A stretch of DNA of 64,000 nucleotides, taken from NCBI GenBank assembly GCA_002269645.1, contig NIVC01000839.1:310001-374000 (forward strand), read 5' to 3'. Under the pieces are notes generated by a model. The model did no database searches. It was not told where the DNA came from and saw only the letters and a list, made by a program, of their open reading frames with translations. The position numbers and the translations under genes are program-made. Source of the stretch: Macrostomum lignano (lineage: Eukaryota). Positions 10,901 through 23,500 of the stretch are shown piece after piece. How positions within the stretch are numbered: the stretch's first letter is position 1; every line of letters begins with the position of its first letter.

Positions 10901-13900
10901 ACAGCGAAGAGTCAGTCTATCAGGCCGTGATGCGCTGGGTCCGTTACGATGAATTGGGTCGAGCTGGTGATCTGCCTGATTTACTTAGCCATATTCGCTT
11001 AGCAACTCTGTCGGCTCGCTTTATCACTGAGGTGCTGGACCAGGAACCGCTTGTACAGGAGAGACATCAGTGTCGTGACCTACTCGATGCTGCAAAACGG
11101 TATCACCTGAGACCAGATTTGAGGCACGAGATGACCGAAGCCAAGTATAGGCCCAGGTCTGGTGCTGACGAGTACATGGTTAGTTTTATTTTACATTCGA
11201 ATGTATAACTTGGGTTTTAGATATTTTTACATTCTATATTCCTAGTAATCTCTAATTCCTTTTTTGGAAGGATGAAGGTCGCGGGTTCGATTCTCGACCC
11301 ATTCGGAACAATTTGTGTCGTTGCGCAATACAATTAACTTTGCGTTGCTTCGGTTCACCCAGCTGTAAAATGGGTGCCAGCATTAGCTGGGGTAATTGAA
11401 GGTGTGTGTGGTGACCCCCCCCCAGTCCTTTGACTGAACAGCCGTACGAAGGGGGGGGGTTTCACTAGGCCGAAACTTCACTTTGCCGAAATGACTGACT
11501 AGTAGCACGCTCTTTCATAAGGACGAAACTTCACTAGGCCGAAAAATCATTTTAGCAGCCTCTTTCACTAGGCCGAAACTTCACTAGGCCGAAAAATCAT
11601 TTTAGCAGCCTCTTTCACTAGGCCGAAACTAACATGGTAACATTAAACTGAATCTTTAATCATTAATCATTAAACAGACCTTAGAGATCTAGAACTAGAA
11701 CCTGCTAGATCTACGGGTCCTTGCACAGACCAATAACAGAGAACAGACCAGGCCTGCATAGGGCTCGTTCCCGCTAGCGGCTAGACTGAAGGGTATGAGC
11801 GAGCAATTCAAGAAAAAAATGGGGAGGGAAAAGAGAGAGAATATGGGGCATATAAAAAATCATATACTATTTACATTGTCTTTTTGATACTAAAACATAC
11901 GGGTTGAATTTCACAGAAGCCAAAGAATTAGAGACTAAAAGCCATGCATATTCTATGAATCGGAATCTAGGCAAATCTGCATACTTTCAAAGGAGCCTTA
12001 AAACAACATACGAGCACTCTACAACTTAAAAGTCCATCCGACTGAGACAGAAAATGCAATGAAAATAATAAGCAATCAAAATTAACCCCAAATGAAGTCA
12101 GGAATGTCAAAAATATTCCATACAAAAAACTGAGTGACCATATCGTGCTCCCACTTTAGTAGCAGTAACACTTAGTTCAAAATAAAGAAGCTGGTGCAGA
12201 GAAATCGTCACTGCTTGCTTGAGGTTCCATTTTGGACGCTTAAGTTCACATCCCCTTTCGACCATAGTAAGGATGCTGCTAAAATGATTTTTCGGCAATG
12301 TGAAGTTTCGGCCTAGTAAAGTTTCGGCCTAGTGAAGTTTCGGCCTAGTAAAAGAGGCTGTTTTTCGGCGAAGTGAAATTTCGGCCTATTGAAAGCGCCC
12401 CCCGTACGGAGCCTTCAGATGCGCCGCGCAATAGCAGCGGCTGAGCTGTCGGTTGCATATCTGGGCCCAATTGAGGCAGCTGTAATCAAAGAAAGAAATT
12501 TGGGAGAAATTCGAAGTTCCAGGGGAATGTGGAGTTTGGGGGGAATTGTGAAGGAGGAATGTGAAGTTTAGGGGAATGTGAATTTAGGAGGAAGGAAGTT
12601 TAGGGGAATGTAAAGTCGATTTTATGCAGTTGATAGACGTTCATTTCAACACGCCTATCTAATCGCTGTACAATGTAATGTAGTTTATGTCTGTTAGAAC
12701 TCACCAACACGCACTCACGCACTCCCCAGGTACTAATTGGCGGATTCGGCAAAGACCAAGCTCCCATCGACAGTGTGGAACTGTTCAATCCTCGCACCGG
12801 CAACTGGTCTGGCCTCACCCCTCTGCCGAAGCGTTACCGCTATGTAGCCGCCGCAGCCATCAAGTCCACCATCTACGCTATCGGCGGTTTCGACGGTCGA
12901 GAACGACTCAACGCTGTGTCATGTTTGGATCTGCAGGACCCCTCGCCAGGTTGGCGCAGCATCACACCGATGCGGCATAAGCGAGGCCTATCAGCGGCGG
13001 CTAGTTATCAGGGTCGGATCTTTGTTTGTGGCGGTTTCGACGGCAGCGTCCGTCTGCGCAGTCTGGAGGTTTACGATCCCAAGATTGACGAATGGCGACT
13101 GTTGCAGGATATGGCCACGCCTAGGGAGGGGGCCGGCCTGCTGGTGGCTGACAATGCCCTGTTCTGTATGGGAGGTGAGAGCGGAGATAGACATTTCTGC
13201 AGACAGACACAGGCTGCTGCAGACAGACACAGGCTGCTGCAGACAGACACAGGCTGCTGCAGACAGACACAGGCTGCTGCAGACAGGCACAGGCTGCTAC
13301 AGACAGACAGACAGACACAGACTGCCACAGACAGACAGACAGATACAGACTGCTACAGACAGACACAGACTGCTACAGACAGACGCAGGCTACTACAGAG
13401 ACAGACTGCCACAGACAGACAGACAGACAGACAGGCAGACATACAGACAGACACAGGCTGCTACAGACAGACGCAGGCTACTACAGACTCAGACTGCCAC
13501 AGACAGACAGACAGACACAGAATGCTAGAGACAGACAGACAGACACAGAATGCTAGAGACAGACAGACAGACACACAGACACATGCTGCTACAGACAGAC
13601 ACAGACTACTACAGACAGACACAGACTGCTAGAGAGACAGACAGACACAGACACAGGCTGCTACAGACAGACACAGGCTGCTGCAGACAGACACAGGCTG
13701 CTACAGACAGACACAGGCTGCTTCAGAGAGCTACGGACAGATGGGTATAGACAAGCACAGAGAGACAAAAAGAGCTAAACACAGGCACAGCTACTGGCAG
13801 ACAGCTACAAATACAGCCAAAAAACGGTCACACTTTTTACCTCACCATTTCCTCCCCGCCGCAGGCTACGACGGTGCCCATTTGCTGTCATCGATGGAGC

Positions 13901-14301
13901 GCTACGACCCGAAGCGAGGCAACTGGTCGCACTGCGAGCCAATGCGAATGCGCCGTTCCGGCTCCGGATGCGCCGTGGTTGCCGACACGATCTATGTCTG
14001 CGGCGGCTACGGCGGCGCGGATGGTCAACAGCCGGTACACCTGGACTCTGTTGAGGCCTATCACATCCGGCAGGGCCAGTGGAGCTCAATAGTGTGCATG
14101 AATATTCCCCGTTGCTACGTGGGCGCCTGTCATCTCAATGGTAAAATCTTTGTCGCCGCCGGCTACGACGGCACCCAGTTGTTGAGCAGCGTTGAAGCAT
14201 TCGATCCGATTCGAAATGAATGGTTGCTACACGATGAGGCCGCTTCGTGTATGATTTATGGCCGCTGCGACACGGGCATGTGCGTTGTGCGGCTCAAGTA
14301 A
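7976..14301 (+). CDS. KLHL12: Kelch-like protein 12 (BTB-BACK-Kelch Cullin-3 adaptor); exons 7976-8269, 9156-9309, 9413-9630, 10897-11178, 12730-13174, 13865-14301
   Basis: [56 protein letters not shown] and RCDTG follow vertebrate KLHL12 as I recall it, collinearly; splice phases are consistent. Confidence 0.9.
8272..9025. repeat. 32-bp minisatellite (GAGTCTGTGTCAGATATGCTCACTGACAGTAA)n, KLHL12 intron 1
   Basis: Starts 2 nt after the donor GT; each unit holds a TGTCAG..CTGACA inverted repeat. Confidence 0.95.
9740..10815. repeat. ~21-bp minisatellite (GAGCTAGTGTCTGTTGTCTAT)n, KLHL12 intron 3
   Basis: Tandem units with a higher-order sub-block at ~9920-10330. Confidence 0.95.
11271..12472 (+). 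mobile_element. tRNA-derived CORE-type SINE copy 1, split by a nested TIR element (SINE parts ~11271-11448 and 12404-12472)
   Basis: B box GGTTCGATTC; core TTCACCCAGCTGTAAAATGGGTGCC; tail CAGCCGTAC..GCCTTCAGATGCGCCGCGCAATAGC is contiguous in copy 2. Confidence 0.8.
11451..12403. mobile_element. Non-autonomous TIR element (~950 bp) with subterminal TTCACTAGGCCGAAA arrays
   Basis: GGGG..TTTCACTAGGCCGAAA left and TTTCGGCCTATTGAAAGCGCCCCCC right; GTAC on both flanks; no ORF. Confidence 0.8.
13190..13800. repeat. CAGA-rich 21-bp minisatellite (CAGACAGACACAGGCTGCTG-like), KLHL12 intron 5
   Basis: Tandem or degenerate units. Confidence 0.92.
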
Positions 14302-14379
14302 TTGCTGAGTTTTGAAGGCCTACCTAGCCTTTAGATTTTTACTATTCTAACAGTCTTTGGAGCTTGTGTCTCCTGTAAG

Positions 14380-15735
14380 ATCTATAAGCCTGTGTCTGTT
14401 ATCTATAAGCCTGTGTCTGTTATCTATAAGTCTGTGTCTGTTATCTATAAGCCTGTGTCTGTTATCTATAAGCCTGTGTCTGTTAGCCTTAAGCCTGTGT
14501 CTGTTTTCTATAAGCCTGTGTCTGTTATCTATAAGCCTGTGTCTGTTATCTATAAGCTTGTGTCTGCTACTGATAAGCCAGTGTCTGCTATCTATAAGCC
14601 AGTGTCTTCTATCTATAAGCCTGTGTCTGTTATCTATAAGCCTGTGTCTGTTATCTATAAGCCTGTGTCTGTTATCTATAAGCCTGTGTCTGTTATCTAT
14701 AAGCCTGTGTCTGTTAGCCTTAAGCCTGTGTCTGTTTTCTATAAGCCTGTGTCTGTTATCTATAAGCCTGTGTCTGTTAGCCTTAAGCCTGTGTCTGTTT
14801 TCTATAAGCCTGTGTCTGTTATCTATAAGCCTGTGTCTGTTATCTATAAGCTTGTGTCTGCTACTGATAAGCCAGTGTCTGCTATCTATAAGCCTGTGTC
14901 TGTTATCTATAAGCCTGTGTCTGTTATCTATAAGCCTGTGTCTGTTATCTATAAGCCTGTGTCTGTTAGCCTTAAGCCTGTGTCTGTTTTCTATAAGCTT
15001 GTGTCTGTTATCTATAAGCCTGTGTCTGTTATCTATAAGCTTGTGTCTGCTACTGATAAGCCAGTGTCTGCTATCTATAAGCCTGTGTCTGTTATCTATA
15101 AGCCTGTGTCTGTTATCTATAAGCCTGTGTCTGTTATCTATAAGCCTGTGTCTGTTAGCCTTAAGCCTGTGTCTGTTTTCTATAAGCCTGTGTCTGTTAT
15201 CTATAAGTCTGTGTCTGTTATCTATAAGCTTGTGTCTGCTACTGATAAGCCAGTGTCTGCTATCTATAAGCCTGTGTCTGTTTTCTATAAGCCTGTGTCT
15301 GTTATCTATAAGCTTGTGTCTGCTACTGATAAGCCAGTGTCTGCTATCTATAAGCCTGTGTCTGTTTTCTATAAGCCTGTGTCTGTTATCTATAAGCTTG
15401 TGTCTGCTACTGATAAGCCAGTGTCTGCTATCTATAAGCCTGTGTCTGTTTTCTATAAGCCTGTGTCTGTTATCTATAAGCTTGTGTCTGCTACTTATAA
15501 GCCAGTGTCTGCTATCTATAAGCCAGTGTCTGCTATCTATAAGCCTGTGTCTGTTTTCTATAAGCCTGTGTCTGTTATGTATAAGCATGTGTCTGTTTTC
15601 TATAAGCCTGTGTCTGTTATCTATACGCTTGTGTCTGCTACTTATAAGCCTGTGTCTGTTATCTATAAGCTTGTGTCTGCTACTTATAAGCCAGTGTCTG
15701 CTATCTATAAGCCTGTGTCTGTTATCTATAAGCTC
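14380..15735. repeat. 21-bp minisatellite (TCTATAAGCCTGTGTCTGTTA)n just 3' of KLHL12
   Basis: About 60 units; source of three spurious ORFs of >400 aa. Confidence 0.96.
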
Positions 15736-16379
15736 TATAAGTGTTTATTTATACAACCCAGTTTTTATGTATATACATGTAATATCTTCAGACTTACAGT
15801 TTAAATAGTACTATATGACAGGTAGGGAGTGTACTTTTTAAAATAGTCAATTTGAACGTTGTGTTGCATTGGAGAATAAGATTCTGCACAGTTGTAATTA
15901 TCAGCTACATGCATGTGTAAATAACCAATAACAAATAGCAGTTGCTTCTTTTACTAACTCATTCCCGAGAATATTTATTGTTATATTAGTTAACCATTTT
16001 AACTTTTTTGTGACACATTGTAGTGTTGCTATGATCTTCATATACTACTGTATACTAGATTCTGATACAGATTATTTCTGAAATTCACTGCGTCAAATTT
16101 TTTGTTATTCTTTATTCCAACAGCTCTCTATAACTGTGTTTTATTAGTTTATTGCACAATAGCAATAAATCATTAACTGTCTCGATCGTTCACGGGTAGA
16201 TGGCTTACCTCTAAAATATCGGCGCATTTTTATTTAGCTACTATTGAGTAGCTATGTTTGCTAATTGAAATCATTATTGTTGCAGTAATTTATATTTAAA
16301 TGCAGTTCCCTATTGTAGAGCATTTTAAATTGAATGAATATCTATAAATATGTTAATGTTGATTCTGTGACATTACAGA

Positions 16380-17340
16380 ATTTTCTATTATATTTCTCTT
16401 GAAATTCTCCACTTGCAATTCGCCTTCGGACTTTCTTTTGGTATTTCCCCCTAGGATTCCACTTTGGGACCCCTCCCCCCTAGGGATTTCCCTTTGTGAT
16501 TCGCCGCTGGGATTCCCCTTTGGTTGCCCTCTTTGTAATTCCTCTTTAAAATTCCCGAGTTGCAATTCGCCTTGGGAATTTCTTGTAGCACAATTGCAAT
16601 TTCCCTTAGAATTCCCCTTGGGATTCCTTTTTTGGATTCTCCCATGCGATTCCCCTTTGGATTTCCCTGTTTGTGATTTCTTTTTAGAATTCCCCACTTG
16701 CAGTTTGCCTTCGTAATTTTCTTCGGAATTCCTCTGGGATTCTTCTTTGGAACCCCCCTTTAAAATTCCCCTTTGGGATTCGCCACTGGGATTCCCCTTT
16801 GGTTTCCCTCTTTGTGAGTCATTTTTAAAATTCCCTAGTTGCAATTCGCCTTGGGAATTTCTTGTAGCATTTTACTTGCAATTTCCCTTAGAATTCCCCT
16901 TGGGATTCCCTTTTGGGATTCGCCCCTGGGATTCCCTTTTGGGATTCGCCCCTGGGATTCCCCTTTGGTTTCCCTCTTTGTGATTTCTCTTTAAAATTTC
17001 CCAGTTGTACTTCGCCATCGGAATTTCCTTTTAAGATTCCCCTTTTGGAGTTCTCCTTTGGGATTCTCCCATGCGATTCCCCTTTGGATATTCGTCTTTG
17101 TGATTTCTTTTTAGAATTCCCCACTTGCAATTTGCCTTCGTAATTTTCTTCGGAATTCCTCTTTAGGATTCTCCTTTGGGATTCTTCTTTGGAACCCCCT
17201 TTGGGATTCCTCTTCAGGATTCCATTTTAGAGTTTATCCTGTTGCAATTTGTTTTTAGGGAATTTCATTTTAGATTAGCCATTTAGGATTTTCCTCAAAA
17301 ATTCCCCTCGGGATTTCCCCTCCAAATTTACCTCTCCGTA
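16380..17340. repeat. Degenerate GGATTCCCCTTTG-type repeat with internal block duplications
   Basis: Recurrent GGGATTCCC/GGAATTTC motifs; TTGCAATTCGCCTTGGGAATTTCTTGTAGCA occurs twice. Confidence 0.8.
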
Positions 17341-17556
17341 TTCCTTTAGTGATATTCTTCGTTGAATATTTTGTACATATTAAAGCCTTAGCTTAGTATT
17401 TCTGACTCAAGATTGCCCGAAAGAAAAATAATTCCCATGGAATTAATTTCCCATAATGTTTGTTTACTTTTCATGCTTCTTTATTGGTACGCTACTGGCG
17501 TAAGCAACAGGACAACCATCGATTCCAAGACGAATTAGATTTCTCGCACCGTTGCC

Positions 17557-20500
17557 ATGGCAACTGGCGCTCGCGCCACCACGCTGAGCGTGTTTCTAGA
17601 GCGCCAGGCCGCCCAGCAGGAGGCCGCTATGAAGGCCGATCTGGCTCAGCGTCAGCGCGACATACAGGAGGCCATCGACAACGAGTTGGAGAGCTTCTAC
17701 GACAGCGACAGCGACAGTGGCGATGGAGACGACGATGACGATCTCGGCGTGCACCGCGACGGAGGCGGCGTCGGCGAGGAGCTGTCCGAGTCGTCACTTG
17801 ACGCCGCCGACGCACCCGTATATCGACACAACTTGCAGCATCAGCATCGGCATCGAGATGAGGCCGCCGAAATCCGACCGCCGATTGAAGGCTCCTCGGT
17901 TGATGACGACGACCACCACGACGGCAATGTCGATGTCGATGAAGAAACAAGCGACGACGAAGACGACGAGATGAAGGCAAATCGACGTCTAGACAATGTC
18001 GACTCTAACGACGGTGGCGACACCGCGTCGGCGGAACGGGATGTTCCAGTCACGGCGGCTGGTGGAATATTCCAGCTCGCCCTGCTGCCGGCCAGCCATC
18101 CCGCTCACCATCTGATGCTGCCGTCCGAGGCGACGTCCAGGTCCACAGCTCAGCTGGCCACCCTGTCGCCCGAGACCACCGGCTGCGGTCTGTCATCGGC
18201 TGAGTACTCTGGGCCTCAGCATCTGCCAGGGATGGATCGGGTCCGTTTTCTCTTGAAATCTGTGGTTCGTGTATCCCAGCACCCTTCATCAGTGCTGTCT
18301 GCTCTAGCCTCCTTCATCAATCAGTGATGTCTGTTCCAGCACCCTTCATCAGTGCTGTCTGTTCCAGCATCCTTCATCAATCAGTGATTTCTGTTCCAGC
18401 ATCCTTCATCATTGCTGTCTGCTCCAGCATCCTTCATTAGTGATGTCTGTTCCAGCATCCTTCATCAGTGATGTCTGCTCCAGCATCCTTCATTAGTGAT
18501 GTCTGTTCCAGCATCCTTGATCAGTGATGTCTGCTCCAGCATCCTTCATCAATCATCAGTGCTGTCTGTTCCTGCATCATACATCAGTGCTGTCTGCTCC
18601 AGCATCCTTCATCAATCAGTGATTTCTGTTCCAGCATCCTTCATCATTGCTGTCTGCTCCAGCATCCTTCATCATTGCTGTCTGCTCCAGCATCCTTCAT
18701 CTGTGATGTCTGCTCCAGCATCCTTCATTAGTGATGTCTGTTCCAGCATCCTTCATCAGTGATGTCTGCTCCAGCATCCTTCATCAATCATCAGTGCTGT
18801 CTGTTCCTGCATCATACATCAGTGCTGTCTGCTCCAGCATCCTTCATCAATCAGTGATTTCTGTTCCAGCATCCTTCATCATTGCTGTCTGCTCCAGCAT
18901 CCTTCATCATTGCTGTCTGCTCCAGCATCCTTCATCTGTGATGTCTGCTCCAGCATCCTTCATTAGTGATGTCTGTTCCAGCATCCTTCATCAGTGATGT
19001 CTGCTCCAGCATCCTTCATTAGTGATGTCTGTTCCAGCATCCTTCATCAATAATCAGTTCTGTCTGTTCCTGCATCATACATCAGCAATGTCTGTTCCAG
19101 CATCCTTCATCAATCATCAGTGCTGTCTGTTCCTGCATCCTTCATCAGCAATGTCTGTTCCAGCATCCTTCATCAATCAGTGATTTCTGTTCCAGCATCC
19201 TTCGTTAGTGATGTCTGCTCCAGCATCCTTTCTCAGTGATGTCTGTTCCATGCAGCATCCTTCAGTGATGACTAATCCAGAATCTTTCATAAGTGATGTC
19301 TGTTCCAGCCTCCTTCATCAGTGATGTCTGTTCCAGCATCCTTCATCATTGCTGTCTGCTCCAGCATCCTTCATCATTGCTGTCTGCTCCAGCATCCTTC
19401 ATCTGTGATGTCTGCTCCAGCATCCTTCATTAGTGATGTCTGTTCCAGCATCCTTCATCAGTGATGTCTGCTCCAGCATCCTTCATTAGTGATGTCTGTT
19501 CCAGCATCCTTCATCAATAATCAGTTCTGTCTGTTCCTGCATCATACATCAGCAATGTCTGTTCCAGCATCCTTCATCAATCATCAGTGCTGTCTGTTCC
19601 TGCATCCTTCATCAGCAATGTCTGTTCCAGCATCCTTCATCAATCAGTGATTTCTGTTCCAGCATCCTTCATTAGTGATGTCTGCTCCAGCATCCTTCCT
19701 CAGTGATGTCTGTTCCATGCAGCATCCTTCAGTGATGACTAATCCAGAATCTTTCATAAGTGATGTCTGTTCCAGCCTCCTTCATCAGTGATGTCTGTTC
19801 CATGCAGCATCCTTCAGTGATGACTAATCCAGAATCTTTCATAAGTGATGTCTGTTCCAGCCTCCTTCATCAGTGATGTCTGTTCCAGCATCCTTGATCA
19901 GTGATGTCTGTTCCAGCATTCTTCATCAGTGATGTCTGTTCCAGCATCCTTGATCAGTGATGTCTGCTCCAGCATCCTTCATCAGTGATGTCTGTCAGTT
20001 CCAGCATCCTTCATCATTCATTGTTCCAGAATCCCATCCAGCATCCCGCTGCCCAGCTCAACATCCTGCCTCCCAGCATGCGGCACAGTCAGCTCACCCG
20101 ACCTCGCGGCGTCGATGTCGGAGTCAGCGTTGTGCCCGAGAACCAACGAGATCTTGACCAGCTTGATATTCTGTACCGAGCTCGAGGTCGTCATATCGAG
20201 GAGTTGAAGGCTCAACTGACTGAACTTCAGGTAAGAAATTGTACTAAATTTGATGAATAATTTTATTTTCATTACATGTAATAAATGTTTATTTATCCTA
20301 TCTCAGGAATCTTCAGCCAAGGAGGCGCGCCTGTTGAAGCACAAACTGGCCCTGACGGAAGCAAATCGCGAATCAGCCGAGAAGGTCGCTTCTGGTACTG
20401 AGGACAGGCTTAAGGAGGCTCTTGAACAGGTGCGAATTGAGATTTATTGCTATTTAAAATACTTACAGTAGCATTGAGTAAGTCAGTGACAACTAAGATC

Positions 20501-23500
20501 AAATATTGTATTTGGAAATGACTCTACTGGCAGTAGCACTGAATGCTATTTGTTACCAAAATGAATAACCACGCGCAGATCCGCAGTCTCAAAGAGGAGT
20601 CTGCCAAGCGTCAAGAGCTGACAGCCAAGCTGCTAGCCGAGAATGAGCAGCTGCAGCGTCAGCTGACTGAAGCCGGCTGTCAGAATGAGGCGCTGACCGC
20701 TCAGCTGACTGAGATGACCACGGCTGGCACGATTGGACGAGTTAGGGATCAACAGGTAAGGGCTTCTCCACCAGTTTTCCAAGTTTGATTCCATTCCAGG
20801 ACAAAATGTGTGATTTCGCTAGCTGTGTTTTTGTGGTTTTCCATAGCTACGGTATTCCTTATTGTCCTGGGATTCCCCATACGAGCTAGCTACGGTATTC
20901 CTTATTGTCCTGGGATTCCCCATAGCTACGGTATTCTTTATTGTCCTGGGATTCCCCATAGCTACGGTATTCTTTATTGTCCTGGGATTCCCCATAGCTA
21001 CGGTATTCCTTATTGTCCTGTGATTCCCATAGCTACGGTATTCCTTATTGTCCTGGGATTCCCCATAGCTACGGTATTCTTTATTGTCCTGGGATTCCCC
21101 ATAGCTACGGTATTCTTTATTGTCCTGGGATTCCCCATAGCTACGGTATTCCTTATTGTCCTGTGATTCCCATAGCTACGGTATTCCTTATTGTCCTGGG
21201 ATTCCCCATAGCTACGGTATTCCTTATTGTCCTGGGATTCCCCATAGCTACGGGATACCCTATTGTCCTGGGATTCTCCATAGCTACGGTATTCCTTATT
21301 GTCCTGGGATTCCCCATAGCTACGGTATTCCTTATTGTCCTGTGATTCCCATAGCTACGGTATTCCTTATTGTCCTGGGATTCCCCATAGCTACGGTATT
21401 CCTTATTGTCCTGTGATTCCCATAGCTACGGTATTCTTTATTGTCCTGGGATTCCCCATAGCTACGGTATTCTTTATTGTCCTGGGATTCCCCATAGCTA
21501 CGGTATTCCTTATTGTCCTGTGATTCCCATAGCTACGGTATTCCTTATTGTCCTGGGATTCCCCATAGCTACGGGATACCCTATTGTCCTGGGATTCCCC
21601 ATAGCTACGGAATTTCTCTATTATCCTGGGATTCCCTATAGCTACGGGATTCCCTATTGTCCTGGGATTCCATACAGCTACGGGATTCCCTATTGTTCTG
21701 GGATTCCCTACAGCTACATGATTGCCTATTGTCCTGGTATTCCCCATAGCTACGGGATTCCCTATTGTCCTGAGATTCCCCATAGCTATGGGATTCCCTA
21801 TTGTCCTGAGATTCCCCATAGCTACGGGATTCTCTATTATCCTGGGATTCCTTATTGTCCTGGGATTCCCCATAGCTACTGGATTCTCTATTATCTTGGA
21901 ATTCCCTATAGCTACGGGATTCCCTATTGTCCTGAGATTCCCCATAGCTACGGGATTCTCTATTATCCTGGGATTCCCTATTGTCCTGGGATTCCCCATT
22001 GCTACTGGATTATCTATTATCTTGGAATTCCCTATAGCTCCGGGATTCCCTATGGTCCTGGAATTCCCCAAAGCTAAAGTTAATAGGAAATTTTACCGGA
22101 TTCTCCATACAAATTGCCCGCAGGAGAATTTCATCCAGTCGTTGCGCAACAAAAAAGACGAGGAGATTTTCTACCTGAAAGATCGAATTGACCGGCTCCA
22201 GTCGGAGGCTGAGCAGCGGCAGGCGGACCTGGATGCTGCCAGGGCCCTAGCAACCAAGCTGGGCTCCCAGCAGAGCCAGCAGGTTGTTGACGCCAACAAA
22301 CAGGTGGCCGCCATGGCCCAGCAGCTTCATGAGGCTCAGCAACGCTGCCAGGACCTGCTGGCTGACGGTGCCGATTCAGAGATTGTCGGCAACCTTCGAC
22401 ACCAGCTGGCCCAGCGAGACCTGGCCAAATCCATCACCGAGGAAATGAACTCGGCTCTCCAGGAGGAGATTGCGGATCTACGCGAGCAGCTGGCGATGTA
22501 CGAGACGGCCGAGCGACTCCTGCCAACCTCGCTGAGGTCCCCGGCTGCTGGAACTGCTGGCGCCACCGAGGGAGGTCGAGAAGCCACCAGCACCAGCATG
22601 CCCGGTGTTGGAGCCTCCACTGACAGGGACAAGAGCGTAGCTTGCCTGCGGGTGAGGCACTGGGATAATTCTCCCCACTCCTAAATCTCCTTGCTCATTC
22701 ACTGTGATAATTGTCCCCACTCCCCGGTGTAAAATGGTTAGCATGGTTGTGACACTCGAGGACACTCGCACTGTCACAGCCTTCCAAAAATGACACTAAA
22801 CGACACTTATCTCTACTGTCGCCGGCACGACACTGACATGCGACACTGCCCTACGACACTGGCCTGGACTCGTCGGGCAGTGTCAGACGAGTGTCGGATG
22901 AGTGTCAGACGAGTGTCGGGCAGTGTTGGATGAGTGTCGGGCAGTGTCAGACGAGTGTCGGGCAGTGTCGGATGAGTGTCAGACGAGTGTCGGGCAGTGT
23001 CGGATGAGTGTTGGATGAGTGTCGGGCAGTGTCGGATGAGTGTCGGGCAGTGTCGGATGAGTGTCGGGCAGTGTCAGACGAGTGTCGGGCAGTGTCGGGT
23101 GAGTGTCAGACGAGTGTCGGGCAGTGTCGGATGAGTGTTGGATGAGTGTCGGGCAGTGTCGGATGAGTGTCGGGCAGTGTCGGATGAGTGTCGGGCAGTG
23201 TCAGACGAGTGTTGGATGAGTGTCAGACGAGTGTCGGAGGAGTGTCAGACGAGTGTCGGATGAGTGTCAGACGAGTGTCGGATGACTAGTGTCATCAGGT
23301 AGTGTCGTTAGACAGTGTCGTTTTAGCCAAACTTGACAGTGCTAACCACTGTCATATTTTAAGTGTCAGTCACTGTCGATTCAGTGACATTTTTTTTCTT
23401 TTGTCAACACAAGTGACCTATAGTGTCGAAACCACCATACCATTTTACGCCGGGTCCCGAATCCCATTGCTCATTCACTAGTATAATTCTCCCCACTCCC

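Noticed and set aside
14347-15808. Three ORFs of >400 aa on both strands
   Set aside because: They are translations of a 21-bp tandem repeat. The same applies to repeat ORFs at 142, 21403, 31799, 53700, 55204, 56265 and 61695 onward.
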